64,000 nucleotides of DNA from Patescibacteria group bacterium (GTDB lineage Bacteria > Patescibacteriota > Patescibacteriia > JACQRZ01): the NCBI GenBank assembly GCA_038065255.1, contig JBBTRI010000010.1:59762-123761 (forward strand), read 5' to 3'. Positions 41,367-49,207 of the stretch are shown piece after piece (position 1 is the stretch's first letter; each line of letters begins with the position of its first letter). Made by a program: the position numbers and the translations under genes. The notes under the pieces were generated by a model, which was given only the letters and a program-made list of their open reading frames with translations, had not been told where the DNA came from and did not search any database.

Positions 41367-42530
41367 TTAATGAGTAACTAATTTTTTTGAGTATAGTAAT
41401 TGCTGCGTATGATCCCGCCAAACCCTTGGAATACCCTGCTGGCAATCGAGTCCTTTTACATGAAGGTGTTCATCCTGTCCGTCAGAATAAAAGAGTACAA
41501 TTTCCTTCTTTAGATCACGGGCAAGCCGAGCTACAGCTTTAAGAAGTTTGTCGGTGTCATTATGTTCTCCGTCTCGTATTCCATACCAGTGCACTTCTAA
41601 AATATTTGGATAAATAATACTTCCTGTTGCTAGGACATATCCCGCAGTTTTTCCGTCAGCATCCTGAAGGTGAATACTATGGGGTTGAAAAACACCTTCG
41701 CCTTTGTTCTGAGCTAAAAAAAGATCTAAGCACGTTTCAAACTCATCAAATCTCTCGAGTGAGTAATTCTCCTTTGCGCATGTTAGTATGTCCTGCTTAT
41801 TGTTTTCTTGAACCTCCTCAAGAGGAAGCTGCAATTCACTTCCACTATAATCTGATGTATCGAATGCATATGTTCTAAGATGCCTACCGGGTCCAAAATA
41901 ATCATCAATGTGAAATCCGGATGCATATCCGTGCCGCTCATAGCGCTGTCGCATTTTTTCGTTTGATGGTAAGTCATCAACTTCTGCCAATACATGAGTT
42001 GCTCCTCGTGAACGCGCCATCGCTTCTACCCAATCAATAAGAAAACCGGCAAGTTTTTTCCCTTGCATATCTTTCCGAACCGACGTCCAGCCAATGCGGG
42101 CATTGAGATAGTGTGAATCATCGAGCTTGTCACGAGTTGCAAAACCCCTCCCTCCCTGAATATCAATAGTGTAAATGCCAGTAACGGCAATCACTTCACC
42201 CTTCTCATTGAGAGCAAGATAGTATTCAGGATTAAGAAGTCCCGGAACGCCTAACTGTTCCTGCTCAAAAACAGCTTTAAATGTACTTTGCATTGCATTA
42301 AAATCCGATTCATATTCCCAGGAATTCCTAACTGCCTGCAAAACACCGTCAACATTCTTTCGTGTAAGTGCTATTACAGATAATGGAAAAGGTTTTTCGG
42401 TTTTAAATAATGTCTCTTCTGGACTCTTGTGGTATGCCTGAATTTCGCTTTCAGTTATTTCCCCCCTCGTAAACCGCTCATTGCGTGCTTCGGGAGATTC
42501 ATGGGTGTCATGTCCGCTTGATTGCGCCAT
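41367..42530 (-). CDS. GNAT N-acetyltransferase, probably tandem domains
   Basis: VRKDMQGKKLA, YERHGY, and a second GNAT-like half. Confidence 0.75.
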   Translation of the reverse strand: MAQSSGHDTHESPEARNERFTRGEITESEIQAYHKSPEETLFKTEKPFPLSVIALTRKNVDGVLQAVRNSWEYESDFNAMQSTFKAVFEQEQLGVPGLLNPEYYLALNEKGEVIAVTGIYTIDIQGGRGFATRDKLDDSHYLNARIGWTSVRKDMQGKKLAGFLIDWVEAMARSRGATHVLAEVDDLPSNEKMRQRYERHGYASGFHIDDYFGPGRHLRTYAFDTSDYSGSELQLPLEEVQENNKQDILTCAKENYSLERFDEFETCLDLFLAQNKGEGVFQPHSIHLQDADGKTAGYVLATGSIIYPNILEVHWYGIRDGEHNDTDKLLKAVARLARDLKKEIVLFYSDGQDEHLHVKGLDCQQGIPRVWRDHTQQLLYSKKLVTH

Positions 42531-42553
42531 AATACATTTGATTTATAACCAAA

Positions 42554-42582
42554 ACAGTACCACCCCCTTGACAAAACGTCAA
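42554..42582 (-). promoter_or_regulatory. sigma70-type promoter for the GNAT genes
   Basis: Minus strand TTGACG-17 nt-TACTGT. Confidence 0.5.
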
Positions 42583-42613
42583 AAATGTGCATTATCAAAA
42601 AAACCTGAGAATA

Positions 42614-43096
42614 TCATCTCTTCATCTCTGTTTTTGGAAAAGGCGGATAAAAATCTTTATCGATCGTTCTTGAAAAGCAATACCTTCCGGCCACGTGCTG
42701 CCAAACAGCATTTCGAGAGTCGATACCCTTGGCAGGATACATCATGGGTCTCATGGGCATTGAGGATCCAGAAGTACCCTCTCCTTGCAATGCAAATGTT
42801 GCACACAGATCAAAAGTCAAATCTCCCGTTACGATATATTCATACTGGCGTTCATGTGCCGGATCACTCGGAATACTGACACCTCGAGTTGCATCATAGA
42901 GATCGTCAAGCGATAGAGGTAATTTCTCTTTACTCTGCCAGTAGTTGATAACCTCATATTGAATTTGCTGCAAGTTCCCAAGCCGTATTTCATCAAGCTG
43001 ACGAAGTCGCGCATTGCGAGGAGAGCCGACATACAGAAAGCCTGCAACGACTGCTGCCAGTACGACACCGCAAATTGTGAATATAAAATATTTCAT
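42614..43096 (-). CDS. Membrane-anchored protein resembling the C-terminal half of DUF5671-type proteins
   Basis: Transmembrane helix, GSPRNARLRQLDEIR, LPLSL, DP, LCATF. Confidence 0.7.
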   Translation of the reverse strand: MKYFIFTICGVVLAAVVAGFLYVGSPRNARLRQLDEIRLGNLQQIQYEVINYWQSKEKLPLSLDDLYDATRGVSIPSDPAHERQYEYIVTGDLTFDLCATFALQGEGTSGSSMPMRPMMYPAKGIDSRNAVWQHVAGRYCFSRTIDKDFYPPFPKTEMKR

Positions 43097-43101
43097 TGCT
43101 T

Positions 43102-43590
43102 CTATGAGTCGCTATGCACTCTTAAATCCCAGAGATAGTATACAAAGATACTGGCCATCACAAATAAGATAGATAATGCTTTTAACACAAATCGCAATGT
43201 TGTCTCACCGCTCAAAAGATCGTTCACCAATGCAACCAAATCTCCAATGATAATAAGGCTTGCGGCAAACAATGTGAACCAGATAAGCCATTTACGGATG
43301 CCAAGACGCCACTTTTGCGGAGTTTTGGTATTAATACGAAATAGATATGCCATTGCAGCTAAATATACAGGGAAAACAATAATAATCGAGGCAAGGGCAA
43401 AGCGCAATGCTTGTGTGTTTCCGGAATACATCATGGTTGACTTTTCAAAAATTTCAGGCAATGAAATATTAATGATCTGGAAAACAATAGTTAGAAAACT
43501 TGCCGCACTCATGTAAAGCGTAACGATTGCCAAGAGATTTAGGAAAAAATCTTTTGGTGTTGCTCGCTGGATATTGTTTTCATTACTCAT
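43102..43590 (-). CDS. DUF5671-like membrane protein
   Basis: PKDFFL, IRKWLIWFTLF, GETTLRF, YYLWDLR. Confidence 0.75.
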   Translation of the reverse strand: MSNENNIQRATPKDFFLNLLAIVTLYMSAASFLTIVFQIINISLPEIFEKSTMMYSGNTQALRFALASIIIVFPVYLAAMAYLFRINTKTPQKWRLGIRKWLIWFTLFAASLIIIGDLVALVNDLLSGETTLRFVLKALSILFVMASIFVYYLWDLRVHSDS

Positions 43591-43592
43591 AG

Positions 43593-44426
43593 TTAGACTT
43601 TTTCCCAAGGAAATGCGCCTTTATATTCATAGCTAAATCCTGCCGCACCCTTGTGCCCCCCACCACCATATTTTTTTGCCAACAAAGATACATCAACACC
43701 TTTTTTGTATGTCCTTAACGATACCTGGAGCTTGCCTTCTCGATAAAACCATGTAATGCCAAAAGGAACTTTTTTTTCGTGGGAAATGACATTGGCACTA
43801 TGCGAATAAAACAGCGGCGTGTTTACTGCATATACGCCATATCCTTCAAATGTTACTTTTTCCGCCCGTTGTACCAAGCGCCCTATCATACTATCTTCAG
43901 CATTCAAAAGCACACTGCCATCGCGCAACATTTCTTTCCGCCCCCTTTTTGTTTCAAGGGATTTTGCAATTGTATCAAATGAGGAAAATGTTTGATCACA
44001 GAACTGCAGCGCAGCTATCAGGCGATGTGTTTCAGAATTATTAAAACGAAAGAGATCATTGTCTTCAATAACATCAAGGAGATATGGGATTTTAGCGTTT
44101 GGATGAAAATACTTCCATGCTATGACACAACCTGAATTATCGGTTGTATAACGAAATTCTGGTACTAAACGAATGGCGTCCACCTGGCTTTCATGATGGT
44201 CCAAAATAATCACTTTTTTATTTGCTGCAATCACCTTTTTCATCACAGGGGTCGGATAGCAAAAATCTATGAAATAGAGGGTTCTTCCTTTAAGCTCTTT
44301 CGGTACGGTCTCTTGGTGTTCAAGACCGATATAGTCAGCTCGTGACCCGAATTTTTTCCACGCGGCATATGCCCCGCCAAATCCATCCAAACACCCTTTG
44401 TGATAGCATACTGCAATTTTTTTCAT
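43593..44426 (-). CDS. DHH/DHHA1 phosphoesterase
   Basis: YHxxCxDG, ILDHH, GGGGHKGAAGF. Confidence 0.9.
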   Translation of the reverse strand: MKKIAVCYHKGCLDGFGGAYAAWKKFGSRADYIGLEHQETVPKELKGRTLYFIDFCYPTPVMKKVIAANKKVIILDHHESQVDAIRLVPEFRYTTDNSGCVIAWKYFHPNAKIPYLLDVIEDNDLFRFNNSETHRLIAALQFCDQTFSSFDTIAKSLETKRGRKEMLRDGSVLLNAEDSMIGRLVQRAEKVTFEGYGVYAVNTPLFYSHSANVISHEKKVPFGITWFYREGKLQVSLRTYKKGVDVSLLAKKYGGGGHKGAAGFSYEYKGAFPWEKV

Positions 44427-44558
44427 AGGAATGCGTTATAGAGATATCAAGATAGTATAGTGTAGTTTGCAGAATCTGTGAATAGTCACACAATATAAAG
44501 CGTCAGAAATTAAAAAACTCGCCCTAGTGGGACGATCTTTTCTGGTAAAAAGTCAACC

Positions 44559-44966
44559 CTAGATCCCAAATACGTTCCAATCAATTGAATAGATTCCTGC
44601 GCCCATAATAAAGATAAGGAATGCGGATGTAAACAGGACCAAATCAAATTCCCATCCATTGTCGCCACTGAATCCCTTTTTCCAAACTTTGATTTTAAAA
44701 TATAATGCACCAAGCATTACAGCCATAATACATAGCGCTGCGATTTTGGTGAACGCGCCAATAAGCATGCCAATGCCGCTGAGAATCTCCACAACCGCAA
44801 GCGTTCTCCAAAGTGCAAGCCATGCAATGCTAAGTTTTGCATTGTGGTGCATTTTCCAGTAATGCAATTTTTGATCGCCATGAAACAAAAATACAGCAGC
44901 CAATGCAATGCGAGCTACGAACAATGCAGTATCTTGTAAATCTGCTAATTGGAAAAGTTCAAACAT
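44559..44966 (-). CDS. DoxX family membrane protein
   Basis: RIALAAVFLFHG, GWEFD, GAGIYSID. Confidence 0.88.
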   Translation of the reverse strand: MFELFQLADLQDTALFVARIALAAVFLFHGDQKLHYWKMHHNAKLSIAWLALWRTLAVVEILSGIGMLIGAFTKIAALCIMAVMLGALYFKIKVWKKGFSGDNGWEFDLVLFTSAFLIFIMGAGIYSIDWNVFGI

Positions 44967-44984
44967 AAAGTGAAATATAAAAAG

Positions 44985-45434
44985 TTATCGTTTCTGATTT
45001 TTACGTCCATACAATTCATAGCCGCCAACAACCAGACTTGCGGCAATGAGTACAATGTTTTTGATAACAAACTCCCCTTCAAATGTAAGAAGGAATGGAT
45101 TGCTGCCAAAAAACATCGGAGGATACAACAAAAGAGCAATAAAAATGCCAAGCATTTGAAGCCAAAGCAACAACAATGCAACGCGTAAACCCCGATGAGC
45201 CATTAGTAAAATACCGATAAGACACTCCCATATGCCAAGAACCGCCATAAAAGCGCTCTGAGGCAGAAACCAATACGTTGCTGCAATGATTGGCGCCGCA
45301 GGACTTGCATTCATTACTTTAAGAAGGCCAAACCAGATGAAGACGATTGCAAGCGCATAGCGTAAAAGAGGAATGCCCCACTGATGCATTTCCGTAATAA
45401 ACAGAGAATCAATTTTTTGGAATGTCGGTTTCAT
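44985..45434 (-). CDS. DoxX/YkgB-like membrane protein
   Basis: LAIVFIWFGLLK, EGEFVIKN. Start set at ATG 45434, 7 nt after a TGnTATACT box. Confidence 0.8.
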   Translation of the reverse strand: MKPTFQKIDSLFITEMHQWGIPLLRYALAIVFIWFGLLKVMNASPAAPIIAATYWFLPQSAFMAVLGIWECLIGILLMAHRGLRVALLLLWLQMLGIFIALLLYPPMFFGSNPFLLTFEGEFVIKNIVLIAASLVVGGYELYGRKNQKR

Positions 45435-45503
45435 TATGGTTAGTATAGCATACTTGACTTTTTCTACTAAACCTGTCATTATTGATCTTACCGTACACTA
45501 ACA

Positions 45504-46142
45504 ATGAGTATTCGATCAGCGCGTACATCAAGACTTCCACTGACTGACGAACGTTTTTTTGAAATACGAGAGAAAGCCACAGAGCTCTTACAGACTTCTT
45601 ATGCGAGTAAACTAGAGGTCTTTCCAAAAGAGATTGATGAAATACCTCCATACATACGCAAGTTCGCATCTGAACTTAGTATACAAGAGGATGAATTTCT
45701 TGCATTCCTCATGCATGCAGGACTCCTCTACGCACTGGAACTTAGGAGGCATTATACAATCGTTGCAATGGATCATTTGGATATTTCTGACGTCCTTAAT
45801 CAAGTTTCTGCGTCATCAGACCATGGAAACATTCTTCTATTCAATTTGGATACAAGCAGCATCAAGGCACTTGTTGATAAGCACGCTTCAGGAGCTGGCA
45901 TTGATGCCTCCATCCTCGCATCTGCTCTCACGGGATTTATCTGCCTTGTCTCTGAACTTCTTATTGAGTTCCATAATAAAAGTGCGATTAATATTACGCT
46001 TGTTGAGCAAACCAAGCCGTCAATAGCACCTTACCTTGATCTGGTAAAGCGACTTCGGAAGTTTTCGGAAAGATTGGGACCATGGATTGATTCCGATGGA
46101 AATGTCTGCTTCAACGTTGGATCACTCATACTTATGATCTAG
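45504..46142 (+). CDS. Hypothetical protein
   Basis: 212-aa ORF fills the gap, with a promoter-like sequence upstream and a terminator downstream. Confidence 0.6.
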   Translation: MSIRSARTSRLPLTDERFFEIREKATELLQTSYASKLEVFPKEIDEIPPYIRKFASELSIQEDEFLAFLMHAGLLYALELRRHYTIVAMDHLDISDVLNQVSASSDHGNILLFNLDTSSIKALVDKHASGAGIDASILASALTGFICLVSELLIEFHNKSAINITLVEQTKPSIAPYLDLVKRLRKFSERLGPWIDSDGNVCFNVGSLILMI

Positions 46143-46148
46143 CCCACC

Positions 46149-46173
46149 GACCCTCTATAAAGGGTCTTTTTTT
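46149..46173 (+). terminator. Intrinsic terminator
   Basis: GACCCT-CTATAA-AGGGTC followed by T7. Confidence 0.65.
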
Positions 46174-46174
46174 A

Positions 46175-46966
46175 TTAGCTTTCATTTCGTGCGAATTGTC
46201 CGGTTTCTTGCGCACGCAAAAGAAGATATTTAAAAATCAAAAGAGAGCAAATGAAATAGAGGATATTAAGCATAAGTGCCGGCACTTGCCAATTCAGGGC
46301 AGGATTACCCATCAAAAGCGTTTCTCGTGCACCCTCAAAAACATACGTGATCGGAAAGAGAAATGCAAAACTATGGAACGGTTCGGGGATGATACTCATA
46401 GGATAGTACACCCCACAGAGAGGCTGGAAGATAAAAATAAGCGCCCATCCAAGCGCTTGGACACGAGTTCCAAAACGAAAAACACAACCCAATAGAACAA
46501 GCCCTACAGACCATGAGAAGAGAAGAAGATTAATAAATATCATCACCAGCGCCAAAGGACCCATACTAAACATATTGAATTTAAAAAGAGCTCCGGCGAG
46601 TGGAATAAGAACCAAAAATACACCACCTGAAGTAAGTATCCCTTGTGCCATCTGTGCAAGAAGAAACTCCGTAAGTGAAAGAGGTGATACAAACATATTC
46701 CCTAAGTTACGGGACCAGACATTCCAAAATGCTGATACCGTCATCGAATATTGGCTAATGCGCATAACCTCCCAAAGCATTGCTCCAAGAATTAGGTACT
46801 GTCCTGTCTGAGTCGCAATACTTCCAAGTGTTGCTTGAGATATGTACCCAAACACAACCACACCGATAAATGCAAAAAATGGAATATCCATAATGACCTC
46901 AAGGGATCGCCTGGTAATATGCCACTGCTGTATGAGTACGCCTCTAATTCTTTGGGGTGAAATCAT
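46175..46966 (-). CDS. ABC-2 type exporter permease
   Basis: Multiple transmembrane helices, GVYYP, PITYVFEGAR. Confidence 0.88.
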   Translation of the reverse strand: MISPQRIRGVLIQQWHITRRSLEVIMDIPFFAFIGVVVFGYISQATLGSIATQTGQYLILGAMLWEVMRISQYSMTVSAFWNVWSRNLGNMFVSPLSLTEFLLAQMAQGILTSGGVFLVLIPLAGALFKFNMFSMGPLALVMIFINLLLFSWSVGLVLLGCVFRFGTRVQALGWALIFIFQPLCGVYYPMSIIPEPFHSFAFLFPITYVFEGARETLLMGNPALNWQVPALMLNILYFICSLLIFKYLLLRAQETGQFARNES

Positions 46967-47888
46967 AGGTGCCTCGTGCTATTTGCATAAATACATCATC
47001 GAGTGTAGGTTTTTCGATGGAAATATCTTCAACGGCAATCTGTGCTTTACTTAATTTTGCCAGAATAGCAGGAATTTCTTTTTGTTTAACTTCAGCGCAG
47101 ATGGTATGTGTGAAGGGAAAGGTGACCTGCTTTGAGTATGAGTGCATGAGTGTTTCGATTTTCTTTTTCTCTCCACCGAAGGTGATTTGAAGCCGTGCGT
47201 ATTCTATCTTTTGCGTTAAATTAAGCGGTGTATCATGGGCAGCTATAACACCGTGATCAAGAAAGATCACTTCATCGCAAATGCGCGTGACTTCGGCCAT
47301 GTCATGACTTGTATACAAGATAGAGATTTTCCGTTCGTCTCGCATTCGTTCAATAAGTGAAAGTAATTTATCGGCAATATCCGGGTCGAGTGAAGCAGTT
47401 GGCTCATCAAAGAGAAGAAGTTCAGGATCGTTAAGCAATGCTTTGACAATATTCACTCTTGTTTGTTGACCCTTAGAAAGATCCCAGTATTTCATCTTTA
47501 CGAGATTGGTTATTTCCAAAAGTTCTGTAAGTTCAGCTATTTTACTTCGGGCATTTTTTACACAATATAAATCAGCAAATACCAATAGATTTTCCATAAC
47601 AGATATGCGACCCTGAAGCGTATTGAACGAAGACGCAAAGTTGATGCGCGCCAAGCATGCCTGTTTTGCTTTGCTAAAATCCATGCCAAAATATTCAATG
47701 CGCCCTCCGTTTGACTGGGTAATACCAAGGAGAATCTGAATTGTCGTTGTCTTGCCTGCCCCGTTTGGTCCTAAGAGTCCCACAATACCTCCTTGCGGAA
47801 CGGCAAAAGTAATAGTATCAACGGCTTTATAGGTGCCGTAGATTTTCGTGAGATTGGTTACACTAAGAGCGCTTATACTTTTTGTCAT
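46944..47888 (-). CDS. ABC exporter ATP-binding protein
   Basis: GPNGAGKTT, LSKGQ, FDEPT. Start set at ATG 47888. Confidence 0.93.
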   Translation of the reverse strand: MTKSISALSVTNLTKIYGTYKAVDTITFAVPQGGIVGLLGPNGAGKTTTIQILLGITQSNGGRIEYFGMDFSKAKQACLARINFASSFNTLQGRISVMENLLVFADLYCVKNARSKIAELTELLEITNLVKMKYWDLSKGQQTRVNIVKALLNDPELLLFDEPTASLDPDIADKLLSLIERMRDERKISILYTSHDMAEVTRICDEVIFLDHGVIAAHDTPLNLTQKIEYARLQITFGGEKKKIETLMHSYSKQVTFPFTHTICAEVKQKEIPAILAKLSKAQIAVEDISIEKPTLDDVFMQIARGTYDFTPKN

Positions 47889-47967
47889 AATAAAAAAATG
47901 ATACCACAAATGAAAACATACAAAAAGCTAGCATCACTAACGCGACTCTACTTGAGTATTCTATGAT

Positions 47968-48225
47968 CTATTTTTTACTTACGTAATTCCAAAGCAAAGC
48001 AAATAGATAACCGACAACGTATCCCTTTACGAGCGCAATGAGAACAAGGGCAATTGCATACATCAGATTAAATGATGCGATCTGATGATTGGGAACAATC
48101 ATGTGAAGCATGAAGATGAAATCAACAAGTCCCTGTGCCAACCCAAGTGCTACAAGTAGTGACCAAAAAACATGGAGCCCTCCAACAAGAATTCCCAGTG
48201 TAAGTCCTGTTTTTTGTGGATTCAT
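47968..48225 (-). CDS. Small membrane protein
   Basis: Hydrophobic 85-aa ORF with LHVFWSLLV. Confidence 0.7.
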   Translation of the reverse strand: MNPQKTGLTLGILVGGLHVFWSLLVALGLAQGLVDFIFMLHMIVPNHQIASFNLMYAIALVLIALVKGYVVGYLFALLWNYVSKK

Positions 48226-48239
48226 AAAAAAGGTATTGA

Positions 48240-48590
48240 TTATACAGCTTGCGGAAACGGCTCAAGCTTTGTTATGCGGTTTGCGTCTGCCTTTGTTAAG
48301 AGATTTCTCTCTACCATAATCTCGACAAGCGTAAATAATTTGCGGTCTTCGCCTCGCAGAAGCACAACAAGATCCCCTTTAAGTTCCATATTTTGCTTAG
48401 CGATATAATCAATAAGGTCCGAACGAAGCCTTCCAAGATCTTCCTTGGTGGCAAAGGCCTTAAGATCTTCCTTGGTTGCCATGTCCTTAATATCCTCTTT
48501 GGTTGCCATTCTCTGTGAGATATCATCAAAGCATGCCTTCACTATAAGAGCGAGTTCATCAATAGTCATTTGTTGTGGTTGTTGATTCAT
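48240..48590 (-). CDS. Coiled-coil protein with ATKED repeats
   Basis: Three 9-aa units: MATKEDIKD, MATKEDLKA, FATKEDLGR. Confidence 0.75.
   Translation of the reverse strand: MNQQPQQMTIDELALIVKACFDDISQRMATKEDIKDMATKEDLKAFATKEDLGRLRSDLIDYIAKQNMELKGDLVVLLRGEDRKLFTLVEIMVERNLLTKADANRITKLEPFPQAV
48429..48509 (-). repeat. 3 x 27-bp imperfect tandem repeat (coding)
   Basis: Units at 48429-48455, 48456-48482 and 48483-48509. Confidence 0.85.
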
Positions 48591-48754
48591 AGTTTAATCA
48601 ATTAAGATAACTAAATTTTAGCATGTATTTGCTATCAAACAAATACTGGAGTGCATTTTCCACTTTTCACCACTTATTTTGACAACTGAAGAAATGACAC
48701 TTTTCCTTATGGTTGTATTGTTTTTTATAGATTGAGTGGTATAGTACCCATACT

Positions 48755-49207
48755 ATGCCATTGAAAGCATCACCCTACAGAGCATTTGTGTGGTTTTTTA
48801 CACGGCCCAAACTTCAAGGTACGTCTTGTATTTTGCGATGTGGCAATGAAGTATTGCTTGTTGACTACAAATATGGCAGTGGATGGAATTTTCCAACAGG
48901 GCTCATTCAAATAGAAAACGAAAGTCCACAAGACGCTGCTCACCGTGAGCTCAGAACTGAATTTTCCATTCGGACAAAGATGCTACAATACATCGGATAC
49001 GTCTTTTGTAGATTCCAATGCCGCAGGGATCGTATTTTTTGTTTCGTTGTTGAGTTGAATAGTAAAGACGTGGATATCAACAATAAAGATATTCGAGGAA
49101 TACAATGGGTTTCTATTCCAGAACTCGAGAACATCACAATATCCCCTTTTTCAAAGGAAATTATTGCTCGCTGGTTCAAAAAGCAACGCCAAACTATTAC
49201 CACCTAG
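48755..49207 (+). CDS. NUDIX-fold hydrolase with degenerate Nudix box
   Basis: WNFPTG...ESPQDAAHRELRTE. Confidence 0.75.
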   Translation: MPLKASPYRAFVWFFTRPKLQGTSCILRCGNEVLLVDYKYGSGWNFPTGLIQIENESPQDAAHRELRTEFSIRTKMLQYIGYVFCRFQCRRDRIFCFVVELNSKDVDINNKDIRGIQWVSIPELENITISPFSKEIIARWFKKQRQTITT

